Origin: Alphaproteobacteria bacterium | GTDB taxonomy: Bacteria; Pseudomonadota; Alphaproteobacteria; MPNO01; UBA830 | Direction: 5' to 3' | DNA: 64,000 nucleotides | Assembly: GCA_964291215.2 (NCBI GenBank) | Contig: OZ219790.1 | Span: 960,001 to 1,024,000, forward strand | Shown: piece by piece, positions 32,324-43,163 of the stretch | Layout: each line of letters opens with the position of its first letter | Position numbering within the stretch: position 1 is the stretch's first letter | The notes under the pieces: generated by a model | The model's input: only the letters and a program-made list of their open reading frames with translations | Told to the model about the DNA's origin: nothing | Database searches by the model: none | Position numbers and translations under genes: made by a program

Positions 32324-34018
32324 ATGACCGGCTGGGATGTCATAGTCGTCGGAGGCGGATCGGCGGGCGCCGTGATCGCAAGCCGGCTGAGCGAGGATCC
32401 GGCGCGGCGCGTGCTGCTCGTCGAGGCCGGGCGCGATACCCCGCCGGGACGCGAGGGCACCGAGGTCCGCGACCCGTTCTACCGGGCGGTCTACCACAGG
32501 CGCAATACCTGGCCCGGCCTAGCCGTCCAGTGGCAGCCCCTTCCCCACAACGACCCCGATTCCGTGCCGGCGATGCCATACGACCAGGCATGCGTTCTCG
32601 GCGGCGGCTCATCGGTCAACGCCATGGTCGCGATTCGCGGGATCGAGGAGGATTTCAGGCAATGGGTCGGAATGGGGGCAGCGGGCTGGGGCTGGGACGA
32701 TGTCCTTCCCTATTACCGGCGCCTCGAGACGGACACCGACTTCGGGGACCACCCGCTGCACGGCAATGACGGTCCGGTCTCGATCCGCCGCCACCACCGC
32801 GACGAGTGGCCCGGCTTCAGCGACGCGATCGCTACCGAACTTCACCGCCACGGCTTCGACCATGTACCAGACATGAACGTCGCGCCGCGCGACGGCGTGT
32901 GCTCGGTCGCCATGACCAACACGCCACATCTGCGGCAGTCGACGGCGACAACCTACCTGACCGAGGATGTGCGCGGCCGCGGCAATCTCGAGATCCGCAC
33001 CGGCAGCCGCGTCGAGCGCCTGTCCTTCGATGGCCGCAACTGCTCCGGAATCGTCGTCCAATCGGACGGAACCACGGAAACCCTGGCCGCTTCCGAGACC
33101 ATCGTCTGCGCCGGCGCCCTGCAATCGCCGGCGCTGCTCCTGCGCTCCGGCATCGGCCCGGCGGCAGAACTCCAGACTCTCGGACTCGATGTCGTTGCCG
33201 ACCGACCCGGCGTCGGCCGCAACCTCCATGAGCATCCGACCTGCATTCTCGCCGCCCATCTCCGCTACAACGGAATGCAAAATGCCAGCCTTCGCGCGGC
33301 CGCAAACACAGCGCTCCGCCATTCGTCGGGGCTCAAAGGCTGCCCTCCCCACGATCTCTACATGGGGATTGCGAACAAGGTCAGCTGGCATCCGCTCGGG
33401 CTGCGCACCGGCGCCGCGATCGTGAGCGTCGTCAAGCCGTTTTCCCGCGGCACGGTCACTCTGAAGAGCGCGAACCCGGCCGAAAACCCGCGCGTGGCGT
33501 TCCATGTCATGGAAGATGAACGCGACCTCGCGCGCATGAAGGCGGGAATGCGTCTGTTCCACGATGTGCTCCGGAGTCCGGCGGTCCGGCGCGTGACGAC
33601 CGAGCTCTTCGCCGCCACGTTTTCCGCCCGCGTGCGCACACTCAACCGTGAGACCAGAGGCAACTGGTGGAAGGCGTTCGCAGCATCGCTGCTGCTTGAG
33701 TTGCCGGGTCCCGCCCGGCGCGCGGCCCTCTACGGCCTGGTCGCCCCGGGAAGCAGGCTCGACGCCATATTCGCCAGCGATGAAACGCTCGAAGACTGGA
33801 TTCGCGCCAACTGCCGCGGCTTTTTCCATCCGGTCGGCACCTGCAGGATTGGCGACGCGGGAGACGGCCTCGCTGTCGTCGATCCGGCCGGCCGCGTTTA
33901 TGGCGTTGAGCGCCTGCGGGTTGCCGACGCCTCGATAATGCCCGTCATCGTAAGCGCCAACACCAACCTCACCGCGATCATGATCGGCGAGAAGATTGCC
34001 GACGCCGCACGGGCATAG
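32324..34018 (+). CDS. GMC-family flavin oxidoreductase
   Basis: GGGSAG, LGGGSSVNAM, HPVGTC, ADASIMP..SANTN. Confidence 0.93.
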   Translation: MTGWDVIVVGGGSAGAVIASRLSEDPARRVLLVEAGRDTPPGREGTEVRDPFYRAVYHRRNTWPGLAVQWQPLPHNDPDSVPAMPYDQACVLGGGSSVNAMVAIRGIEEDFRQWVGMGAAGWGWDDVLPYYRRLETDTDFGDHPLHGNDGPVSIRRHHRDEWPGFSDAIATELHRHGFDHVPDMNVAPRDGVCSVAMTNTPHLRQSTATTYLTEDVRGRGNLEIRTGSRVERLSFDGRNCSGIVVQSDGTTETLAASETIVCAGALQSPALLLRSGIGPAAELQTLGLDVVADRPGVGRNLHEHPTCILAAHLRYNGMQNASLRAAANTALRHSSGLKGCPPHDLYMGIANKVSWHPLGLRTGAAIVSVVKPFSRGTVTLKSANPAENPRVAFHVMEDERDLARMKAGMRLFHDVLRSPAVRRVTTELFAATFSARVRTLNRETRGNWWKAFAASLLLELPGPARRAALYGLVAPGSRLDAIFASDETLEDWIRANCRGFFHPVGTCRIGDAGDGLAVVDPAGRVYGVERLRVADASIMPVIVSANTNLTAIMIGEKIADAARA

Positions 34019-34022
34019 AAGG

Positions 34023-34215
34023 CACGACGATCCCATGCTAATTCGGAGACGCGAAATCCGAATGCGTTGGGGCTCGGCTCATCACAGATCGCCTCCTTGA
34101 TCGCAATTTTCGTGCCGAGAAGGCCCCATCGAGTCTTGGCGGCACGATTGCAGCGCGACGCAAACTGAGAAAATCTCGCCAGTCGTCGCCGGATTAGCAG
34201 CGTGGGATCACCGTG
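34023..34215 (-). mobile_element. MITE copy 2 with 10-bp target duplication
   Basis: Ends CACGACGATCCCA / TGGGATCACCGTG; flanks GCATAGAAGG and GCATAGCAGG. Confidence 0.88.
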
Positions 34216-34235
34216 GCATAGCAGGGGACAGTATC

Positions 34236-35132
34236 ATGGCACGAATCGCGTTTATCGGCCTCGGCAACATGGGCAAGCCGATGTCGGCCAATCTCGTCAA
34301 GGCCGGGCATGAGGTGCGCGGTCACGACATCGTCGAGAGCAAGATCGAGGACGCCGCCCGCAACGGCGTCCTGCCCGCCACATCGAACAGAGAAGCGGCC
34401 GAAAGCGCGGATTTCGTGTTCACGATGCTCCCCACGGGCAGGGAAGTCCGCGAAGTGCTCGTCGATGTCGACCGGATACTGGATTTAACAGGCGACCGAA
34501 CGATAGTCGTCGACTCCTCGACCACCGATCTCGAGAGTACCGACTACATCCACAAAGCGGCCGTCGAACGCGGCGTCGCCCTCGTCGATTCGCCGGTATC
34601 CGGAGGCATGTCGGGCGCTGAGGCCGCCACGCTGACATTCATGGCCGGGGGAGATGCGGCGGCGGTTGACCGCGCCGAACCGCTGTTCATGGCGATGGGA
34701 CGGAAACTCGTCCGAGCGGGCGGGCCGAGCGCGGGCCAGGCGGTCAAGGTGTGCAACAACATGCTGCTCGGGATCTCGATGGTCGGCGCATGCGAGGCCC
34801 TCGTGCTCGGCGAGGCGGCCGGCGTCGACCGCCAGGTCCTGTTCGACGTCATGTCCACATCGACCGGAAGCTGCTGGTCGATCAACCACAACTGCCCGAT
34901 CCCGGGAGTGGTCCCAACTGCGCCGGCAAACAACAACTACCAACCGGGTTTCACGGCGCGGCTGATGCTGAAGGATCTCTCGCTGGCTCGCGAAGCGGCG
35001 CTCAAGACCGGGGCGGCTACGCCGCTCGGCGAGCATGCCCGTGCGCTTTACGAGAAATTCTGCGAGGAACGCGACAGCGAGCGGGATTTCTCGGCAATGA
35101 TCGGCATGTTGCGGGACATGCGGCAGGCCTAA
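34236..35132 (+). CDS. mmsB: 3-hydroxyisobutyrate dehydrogenase
   Basis: FIGLGNMG, DSPVSGG, TLTFMAGG, KVCNNMLLGISM, CPIPG. Confidence 0.92.
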   Translation: MARIAFIGLGNMGKPMSANLVKAGHEVRGHDIVESKIEDAARNGVLPATSNREAAESADFVFTMLPTGREVREVLVDVDRILDLTGDRTIVVDSSTTDLESTDYIHKAAVERGVALVDSPVSGGMSGAEAATLTFMAGGDAAAVDRAEPLFMAMGRKLVRAGGPSAGQAVKVCNNMLLGISMVGACEALVLGEAAGVDRQVLFDVMSTSTGSCWSINHNCPIPGVVPTAPANNNYQPGFTARLMLKDLSLAREAALKTGAATPLGEHARALYEKFCEERDSERDFSAMIGMLRDMRQA

Positions 35133-35399
35133 CGACAATCCTGCAATCCCCACCGGATCCCGGTCGCGTCAGATGCTGGTGTATCTCCGGCCTGGCGCGA
35201 AGATCCGGGACCGGCTGCCCGGCCGGTTTCCCGCGCAGGCACGAAGATACCGGCCGATGCGTACGCCCCGGTGTCGCTCCCGACGCGCCGGCCGGGATCA
35301 TCACGAGAGTGATGGAATACGGCGCTCGGGCAGACGCCCGATGGCAGGGAGGCAGCTGTTTTCGCTGCTTTCGTTCCAGAGCCCGGTCCGCCCATGTTT

Positions 35400-35978
35400 A
35401 CGCTTGTTGGCATCGTCCATGGTCACGATCAGATCCCACCACTGGTCAGGAACCCACTCATCGCTAGACCCATCCTGGTGCAGCATCATTCCAACCATCG
35501 GGCGGCGGGGCCGCTTGCGTCGATGAGCTCCACGGCGGGGTGCGGGCTGAATCCGACCGCGGCTTTGCAACGTCAGACGGACCCAGTTGTAGCTCCGAGT
35601 GAAACCGTGGGGTTCCACCAGCTTTTCGTGGAAATGTTTCGGGGTGTAATCCCAGTACTGCGTGTCGAACAACCTTGGCATTTCCGTAACCGTATCGGTC
35701 GGACCACGGTTGTTGGCGAGTTTGCAAGACGGCGGTCATACAGACCTTCCGCACCGTCCGCTTCAAAGCGATCCTCCCAACGCCGGACAGTGCGTATGGA
35801 TACCCCCAATATCTCCACAGCCTGCTCCTGCGTCAGCTTGCCTGCGGTACGTTTCGAATACACATCTTCGAACTTTCTGTAACACTTCTGCTTGGTTCAT
35901 CGCGCCTCCTTTCGGGAGCGCGAAGATGCTGGACAGATCGCTTGTTACATCGACCGGACAGATCGCACGTTAGCGACA
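35400..35978 (-). mobile_element. IS1202-group (IS481-like ISNCY) 5' remnant
   Basis: TGT end with repeated GCGATCTGTCC; HRRKRPRRPMVGMMLHQDGS, LIVTMDDA. Confidence 0.8.
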
Positions 35979-35985
35979 GGCGAAG

Positions 35986-38900
35986 CAGGTTGATCTTACG
36001 CTAAATTCTGTTTGATTTTTCAAGGCAGCACCTGGGTTTAGGGGGGCGAGGAGATTTTTTTACAGTTTTCGCTGGCTTTCCTGCACTGGAGTTGTCATGG
36101 TGCGGGGATGTCGGTTCACAAGCACATCGCGTCCTGTCCGATTCACGTCGCAGCTCCGGAAGGGTCTGTCCGAGCGTCCCCGGACATGGTAACGTGATCG
36201 TCGTCAATCGAGTTCCAGGTGTCCCGTCCACAAGCCGCGCGGCGTCTCCTCGATGTCGGCCTCGACGATGATCTGCAGACATTCTCCCCAAGCCGTGTCG
36301 TAGAGGGAGGCTGTCGAGACAGTTCCGATAGTGCTCCTGCACCGCACCGAGCCACCGCATCGCACCAGCGTTGCGCACGGGAACGATGGGGCTTTCGGTG
36401 GTGGAGGTGGGGGCCTTGCGGCGCGCGGCGCTGCCTCTCGGCAGGGCCGTGTCTCCTTCGCTCACTCACCGGTGCTTCAGGCAACGCTACTGTCGCAGCA
36501 AGGTGTTCGCCAGAGCTTGCGCATCACGGCGACGATTGCGACCTTGCTTGCCGGCAGTCTTGAGGCGCACCAGGTCCGCGTTGAAGCGTGCCGGTTGCGG
36601 CCAGGAGATCGCGTGGCCTTCGGCGCCCGCCACGGATGTGCCGAGCACCGTGGTCGTTGGCGCCACCCCGATCAAGGCTGCCGACGCTGCCGAGTTCGGG
36701 CATCCAGAAGGGCCGCGGCGGTCACCGGATCGAGGTCAGGATGGCGTAGCTCTGCTCGGGATCACCGGCGATCACCGCTTTGATCGCCGCACCGGCGATC
36801 ATCGAGATCGGCCGCCGAGGCCCTTGTGACGGTCTCGCCATCCACCTCATCTGCCACGCGTCGACAAGCGCGCCACCAGGAGATCCTCCAGGTTCTTGAG
36901 GAAGGCGGAGCCACAGGCTCACCGTGCCGATCTTGGCGTCGACGCGGTTGGCCCATCGCCTCGGCGAAGCGCCCGCAACGGGTTGACGAGGATAACCTCG
37001 AAGCTCCGGTCATGAAGACACTGGTGAACCTTGCGGTGATAGCGGCCTGTCGCCCACCACCCGGCTCACCCCGAGGCCACCTGCCCGCCAGCTCGTGGCG
37101 TCGTTCGCAAAACAATGCGCCAGATGTCCAGACTGGCTGACCCCTGCTACTAGCTTGACCATCGCTCCTCGCCTTGTGATGATACGGGTTCAAACCCAAG
37201 CATCCAGCGAGGGACGTCAAGGGAGGTTGCCAAACTCGGACGCGGCTCTGTCAAGGTCGAAACGGCAACCTCCGCGGAGATCGTTTGATCCCCTGTGCGT
37301 GTTCGCGCAGGGGAGCGGAATCTCTCTGCAACCATGGACCGGACGCTCTCCCACAGATCCACATTTTCCCGCCCCCAACCGCTGTGGATGATTTCATCAT
37401 CAAGGGGACAAAACCTTGTCATACAAGGTCGAGGTTCGCGAAGCCTGAGGAGCGTCCGCTGCGTTGATGGACGACTATCTCGGGTTTCGCCGTCTGGCGG
37501 GGCTGCGCCATGTTGCGTCCTTCAGGGGGCAGTGGTCTGGCCGGGTCCTTCAAGTGCCGCGACCGGTGGCTGGAAGCCGGAGCAGCAGTGGCTTGATCTG
37601 ACAACACGCGACTGCTTGCGGCGCCGGGAACGTTTCCGAACCTTGCCTCCTTCTTTCTTGCGACGCGGCGGCTGGCCGACGACTGGGCCTGCGGCCACCA
37701 GGTGGCGGAGACGTTCTGCGATCCGGCGTGTTTTGCGGGCACAAGGCGGCGGGCTGGAGTGCCAGGGGGGGTGCCCGTGCCAACGGGCGCTGCACCGACC
37801 CCCATGGCAAGGAGATTTTCGTTGTGCGGCGCGACGGTTGCTGTCGCAGGCGCTGCGGTGGTGCCGCCTGACTCCTCGCTCCCCGGGGTTCCGAGGTGAT
37901 GCGTTCGCTGCACGACGAGCTGGCGGCGATCGAGGACTTCCGCCGCGCAGGAAGCACACGGTGTGCTCACGTTCTCGCCGAGCTTGCGAACATGAAAGGC
38001 AGCTGCGCAGTTTGCGCGGTCGCTGTCCCGGGACGAGCTCGAGGCCATCGGCGGAACCCGAGGACGGGGTTGCGCGAGCCGCCCTCCAAGGCGACCCTCC
38101 ACCGGGCAGTCGATCGACCCCGAGGCGCTCGAGGACATGCTCGGGCGCCGGCTCGCCCGGGCACTTGCCGCCGACGGCAAGCGCATCCGCGGCGCCAACC
38201 GCAACGGCCGCCACGAGATCGTGGCCCTCACGCCTCCGGCGCACCCTTCGCGCCGTTGAACTTCGACGACGGCGAGCCGGCGGCCACCTCATCGAGCGCG
38301 CTGATATCCGCGGCAAGGTGATCACCCGCACGACGCCGGCGACGCTGATCACCCGGCGCTGCGGCGCAGACTATGTCTTCCCGGTCAAGGGCGCCCGAAA
38401 CCTTCGACGGCATCGACTGGGAGCCAGCGGTCGCTTCAAGGAGGCAAGGCCCGCCTCGAGCAGCGATCGATACGTGCCGCTCAAGGGCTTGATCAACCAC
38501 CCCGGCAGATCGCCCGCATCAAGCGCTGCCGCGAACCGCTGGGAAAGAGCGCCAGCGGCGCAGCGAGCGGCAACGACTGTACATCATCACCTCGCTCGAT
38601 GCGCAACACGCGTCGCCAGAGGAACTGCTGCGGCCGCGGGCCGTGGAAAACATGAACCACCGAGACTGCGTCTTCGGCGAAGACGCCTGCCTGACCCGCA
38701 AACCGCGCCAGCCTCAACAACATCGCGCTCGCGGTGATCTTCGCCAACCGACGCGAGAGCCTCGCCGAAACACGGCTGCAGCTCAACCACCGGGAAGCCG
38801 TCGCAGCCCTGAGCGCCAATGGTGTCCGGCCGATTCCCGGACGCCGCCCACATCCCGCCCACATCCCGAAAACAACCCGCCCACGCGCCGATAACGCCGC

Positions 38901-39003
38901 CGGCGACGACCGCGGACGGCTCCGAGGCCGGAAAACCCGGCACGCTGTGAAACCTCCGGACAGCGGAAGACAGCAAAATTGAATGCAGCGTGGGAAACAC
39001 CTG
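35986..39003 (+). mobile_element. ISAs1-family element with DUF4338 N-terminal region, degenerate, nested IS110
   Basis: Imperfect IRs CAGGT...ACGCT..ATTC; flanks CAGGCGAAG / CAGGCGAAAG; DGKRIRGA, ADYVFPVKG, VENMNHRDCVFGEDAC. Confidence 0.8.
36027..37427 (-). mobile_element. IS110-family element copy 2 (probably chimeric 3' end)
   Basis: Homologous to copy 1 over the left end and recombinase; CT core at 37426-37427; right end diverges. Confidence 0.8.
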
Positions 39004-39013
39004 CAGGCGAAAG

Positions 39014-39197
39014 CAGGACCATTCTGTTGTCGCGGTCGGCGGCGGACAACCGCGTCAGAGTGGCCGTTCTTGAAGTTGGTGGCACCGTCTCAAGGTCGGA
39101 ACCGGCATATCGACAACGAAATCCGCTCCCGAATGGACCTCCAGATCTGCCTACAACACTCCCTCGTCGGACGAAACCGGACAAAAGAAGAGCCCTG
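39014..39197. mobile_element. 184-bp ISAs1-type MITE
   Basis: Ends CAGGACCATTCTGTTGTC / GACAAAAGAAGAGCCCTG; perfect 10-bp TSD CAGGCGAAAG. Confidence 0.8.
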
Positions 39198-39215
39198 CAG
39201 GCGAAAGCCCGGTAT

Positions 39216-39250
39216 TTGACAAAAGAAATATCTATGTTATATCTTATAGT
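39216..39250 (+). promoter_or_regulatory. Sigma70 promoter overlapped by an NsrR-like 11-1-11 box
   Basis: TTGACA followed by AAGAAATATCTATGTTATATCTT. Confidence 0.55.
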
Positions 39251-39255
39251 GATGG

Positions 39256-40875
39256 GTATCTACTCACCCCTAGTTGGGTTCTGATTGGTCGTAGTGCTCG
39301 TTGATGATGTCTGCGGCTTTTCCGTCGAGGGCGATCTGGGTTGCGACGTGATGATTGTAGCCGAGTGCGGCCATGGAGGTGAGGTAGCTTGAGCCCCGGC
39401 ACCATGCTTTTGCGTGGAGCGGAAGCATCCGGACACCTTGACCTTTGCCATCCTGATCTTCTGTTCTCCGGCATTGTTGGTGAAGCTGACATCGGGGTCG
39501 TCTGTGAAGCGCAGGTTTTCGTGTTTCACGAGACGTTCGTGCAGGTTGTGCGCGTTTGCGTCCACGTTTTCCTTTCGTCGGGATGTCGGGCAGTTCCTTG
39601 GCGCCCTGATGGTGCGGTAGCGCTTGCGCCCGGCGTCGTTCAGGGTCTTGGATGCGCTCTTGTTGACCTTGTGGCAGACCTCGCGGAGCAGGCTCTTCAT
39701 CAGTCGCGCGGTAGCCTCGACGACAAAGGTCAGTTCGCGCAGCAGGTGGCTACCGCACAGCTGGTGGCTACACTGGCCCATGTACGAGGCCCAGGACGCC
39801 CTTGTAACACGGGATGATGCCGATCTCTTGCCTCCCGGCCGCGCTTGCGGTGCGGGAACTTGCACGTCAGGGTCCCACGACATGGAGCCACTTGCTGTTG
39901 ATCCGAAATCGTCGACATCGGGCGTTGCAGGAGGTGCGCCACGGCGGCCTCCTCCCATGACGCATCGTGAAAGCATAGCCGAGGCAGGTTGCCTCGGAGA
40001 GCTTGATGCCGGAGATCGCCTGCACGAGCGCGACGGCGCAGGGACAGCATTTGGGCGACCAGCAGGTTGATGACGAGGGCCTGAATGCCGATGCCGTACT
40101 GCACGGGATGTTGTCGGGGAACCGGCCCTTGGTTCGGGCCTTGCACTTCGGGCATTCCTTGATCTCGACGCGGCGCTCGACGACCTCGAACACGATGTCG
40201 TGCGGCACTCCCGATCGACGGGGCCGTCGATGTCAGCGCCGCAGGCGTCGCAGGCCGCGACCGTCTCCTCGACGATAGTCTTGCGCAGGTTGTCGCCCAT
40301 CTGCCGGTTCGGCTTCGGGCCCTTGCCGTTGCTCCCGGCATGCTTCGCGCTCTCGTCCTTGTCCGTCTGTGACGACGGCAGACCGGAGTTCCGGCTCGTG
40401 CGTGGTCTTCTCCAGAAGGACGACGATGAGGATGTCGAGCAGGATGACGAAGACGCGGATCACGGCCTCTTCCGCCACCTTGCCGGCAGCGCCGCGATCC
40501 GGGTCTTGGCCGCTTCGAACTCCTCGCGCGCCGCGTTGACCGTCGCCATCACCCGGCCTCGACGGTCATGATCGTCGCAAGCATCGCTTGGCGCTCGCCC
40601 GGCGGCATCTTCCGGTACTCCGCCGCCCGGCCTTGCGCTTCATCAGCACGCCGCCTCCGAGATGCGTTTCCACATACAGATCATGCGGGGGCTGGAGCCC
40701 CGGAAGCAGCTGGCACAGCCCGCTCGTCGCCTTCGATCTAAAGTAGCCCACTGGCGATCCTCGTCGTTCTCGATTACCACCACTAAACGAATCGGCCTGC
40801 AGTGTCAAATCTCCACGAAAACCCGTTCATTACTCTACCCCGACATCAAGCCGAAACCAGAGGGTGAGCAGTTAC
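39256..40875 (-). mobile_element. IS66-family copy 3 (least deleted)
   Basis: Both ends present; 8-bp TSD AGTGATGG. Confidence 0.92.
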
Positions 40876-40946
40876 AGTGATGGATAATGCTGTGTCCCGT
40901 CATGTTGGTGTGTCTAGGGAGGAGCGCATCCAACAGGAGAAAGACC

Positions 40947-41232
40947 ATGGGAACCGCCATGAAGACGCTGCCGTAGAGTGTCGTGTGCTACCGCAGGTCG
41001 CCGGACTTCGGCGAAGGATCGATCCCGGAAAGCCTGCAGTCTTCGCACCGGACCAATGCTAGGACCTGGGCGCGGATCGTCATCCTGGAAGGACGGCTGC
41101 GCTACCGCATCCTGGAGCCCGACATCTCGAAAACCGAGCTCCGCCCAACGAGCCGGGATCGTCGAACCCAAGGTCGCGCATGCGGTCGAGGCCAAAGGCA
41201 AGGTCCGGTTCTTCGTCGAGTTTTATCGCTGA
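40947..41232 (+). pseudogene. DUF1971 (TehB N-terminal-like) protein pseudogene
   Basis: MKTLP*SVVCYRRSPDF..HRTNARTWARIVILEGRLRY, then frameshift to GIVEPKVAHAVE..RFFVEFYR. Confidence 0.75.
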
Positions 41233-41290
41233 CAGCGAGCGTTGCGACGCGGCCCGGCCAGGGGTCGGCGCTCGCGCCGGGAGAAGGATC

Positions 41291-42490
41291 ATAAGCGCCG
41301 ACATATCGAACCGGACCCGCCTCGAATGGCGCCGCCGCTACGCGGGACCATACTTTCTGAGCGAGGGCTTCCGCCCTCTGTTTCTGCTCTCCGGGCTCTG
41401 GGCAACGCTATCCGTTCCCCTCTGGCTCGGTGTCTGGACAGGCGAGATTCCCTATTCCGGCCTGTTCACTCCGGCGGCGTGGCACGTTCACGAGATGGTT
41501 TTCGGTTACGTCGGGGCCGCGCTCGCCGGGTTCGTTCTGACCGCGGTGCCGAACTGGACCGGCCGCCTGCCGGTACGCGGGATCCCGCTGGCGCTGATGG
41601 CCCTTGCCTGGATCTCCGGCCGGGCCGCCGTCTGGTGGAGCGCGGAGACCGGGCCGGTTCCCGCGGCACTGGCGGATCTTGCGTTCCTGAGCGCGCTCGC
41701 GGCACTGGTCGCCAACGAGATCGTGGCCGGCCGTAACTGGCGCAACCTGCCGGTGCTCGCCGGACTGGTCGCAATGGTCGCAGCCAACGCTCTGTTTCAT
41801 GTGTCGGCGACAGGGCCAGCCGGTCTCGGAGACTCGGCCAGGCGGCTCTCCATCGCCGTTATCGCCATGCTTCTGGCCTTGATCGGTGGACGCGTCGTGC
41901 CGAGCTTCACGCGCAACTGGTTCGCGAAACACTCGGGGCCGCGCATTGCCACCCCGATGGACCGGTTCGATCGGGCGGCCCTCGCGGCGACGGCGCTCGC
42001 GCTTGCCATCTGGGCGGCGGCGGGATCGTCCGTCGTCTGCGGCGTCCTGCTGTCGATCTCGGGCACGCTGAATCTGGCGCGACTGGCACGCTGGCGAGGC
42101 TGGAACGCAGCTGCCGAACCACTCGTGACGGTGCTGCATGCCGGTTACCTGTGGCTTGCGCTCGGCCTCGGTCTGCTCGGACTGTCGATGCTATCGGACC
42201 GGATACCCGAACCGCTGGCGCTGCATGTCCTCTCGATCGGCGCCTTCGGCACCATGACACTGGCAGTCATGACCCGCACGGTGCTCGGCCATACCGGGCG
42301 GGTGCTCCGCGCCGGGCCTTCAACGGTGGCTATCTACGGCCTGGCAACGCTCGCGGTACTCGCCCGCGCAATGTTCGAGATCGTGCCGGACACGATCCTG
42401 CTCTGGGCGGCCGGCGCTAGCTGGTCGCTCGCTTTCGCACTGTTCACGGGCATCTATGCGCCGATGCTGCTGCGGCCGCGCAAGGTGTGA
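41291..42490 (+). CDS. nnrS: NnrS-family membrane protein (expected start codon reads ATA)
   Basis: GFRPLFL, WHVHEMVFGY, LTAVPNWTG, MTRTVLGHTGR; RBS GGAGAAGGA precedes ATA at 41291. Confidence 0.85.
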   Translation: MSADISNRTRLEWRRRYAGPYFLSEGFRPLFLLSGLWATLSVPLWLGVWTGEIPYSGLFTPAAWHVHEMVFGYVGAALAGFVLTAVPNWTGRLPVRGIPLALMALAWISGRAAVWWSAETGPVPAALADLAFLSALAALVANEIVAGRNWRNLPVLAGLVAMVAANALFHVSATGPAGLGDSARRLSIAVIAMLLALIGGRVVPSFTRNWFAKHSGPRIATPMDRFDRAALAATALALAIWAAAGSSVVCGVLLSISGTLNLARLARWRGWNAAAEPLVTVLHAGYLWLALGLGLLGLSMLSDRIPEPLALHVLSIGAFGTMTLAVMTRTVLGHTGRVLRAGPSTVAIYGLATLAVLARAMFEIVPDTILLWAAGASWSLAFALFTGIYAPMLLRPRKV

Positions 42491-42542
42491 TGTCGGCCGA
42501 TCATGCCCGCCCGTTTCCGCTCGTAGGCAACCCGGCGCCCGA

Positions 42543-43061
42543 TCAGAAGGACGCTCCGGTGCTCGGCTTCAGGTCCTGGCGCCGCACCGCCCGCTCCGGG
42601 AGGGTGGGAAGCACCGGGCCGCGAACCGCGCCGTGCGGCGGCCCGGCTCCAAAGAAGTCGTGTTCGCCCGGCATGATGTCGGCCAGCGTGTATCGGTCGA
42701 GGGTGGCAATAAAAGACGCCAGCGCCTCGTTCAAAACACTCGGCAGCCGACAAGTTCCAGTGATGACGCATCCGTTATCGGAACCGAAACACTCGACCAG
42801 CGCGAAATCCGGTTCGGTCGCGCGCGCCAAGGCACCAAGGTTTATGTCTTGCGACGGCCGCGCTAGCGCAAATCCTCCGGTTCGACCGCGTACGCCACGC
42901 AGATAGCCGGTCCGGGTCAGGCGGTTTACGATCTTCATCAGGTGGCCACGCGACAGGCCGTAGAACTCCGCCGTTTCCTCAATGGTGACGAGACGGTCGC
43001 CGGAAGCGCAAGCATACATAAGCGTGCGCAGCGCGTAGTCGAAGAAGGCAGTCAAGCGCAA
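42543..43061 (-). CDS. Rrf2-family regulator, NsrR-like
   Basis: (M)RLTAFFDYALRTLMY, HLMKIVNRL, LVECF...C....C; TTG start. Confidence 0.88.
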   Translation of the reverse strand: MRLTAFFDYALRTLMYACASGDRLVTIEETAEFYGLSRGHLMKIVNRLTRTGYLRGVRGRTGGFALARPSQDINLGALARATEPDFALVECFGSDNGCVITGTCRLPSVLNEALASFIATLDRYTLADIMPGEHDFFGAGPPHGAVRGPVLPTLPERAVRRQDLKPSTGASF

Positions 43062-43135
43062 GATTGTCTGCCAGTTAGGACGGGTCTGCATACCATGAAG
43101 CAACTCCATCAAGCCAACGGTCATGTTATCGGAAA

Positions 43136-43158
43136 ATGATGCATCTGGCATTCATCTT
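43136..43158. promoter_or_regulatory. NsrR-like operator upstream of the Rrf2 gene
   Basis: ATGATGCATCTGGCATTCATCTT resembles the NsrR consensus AAGATGCATTTnAAATGCATCTT. Confidence 0.65.
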
Positions 43159-43163
43159 TTCCT

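Noticed and set aside
37295-38737. 480-aa ORF as a novel gene
   Set aside because: Chance read-through across IS110 and ISAs1 debris; the transposase motifs lie in other frames.
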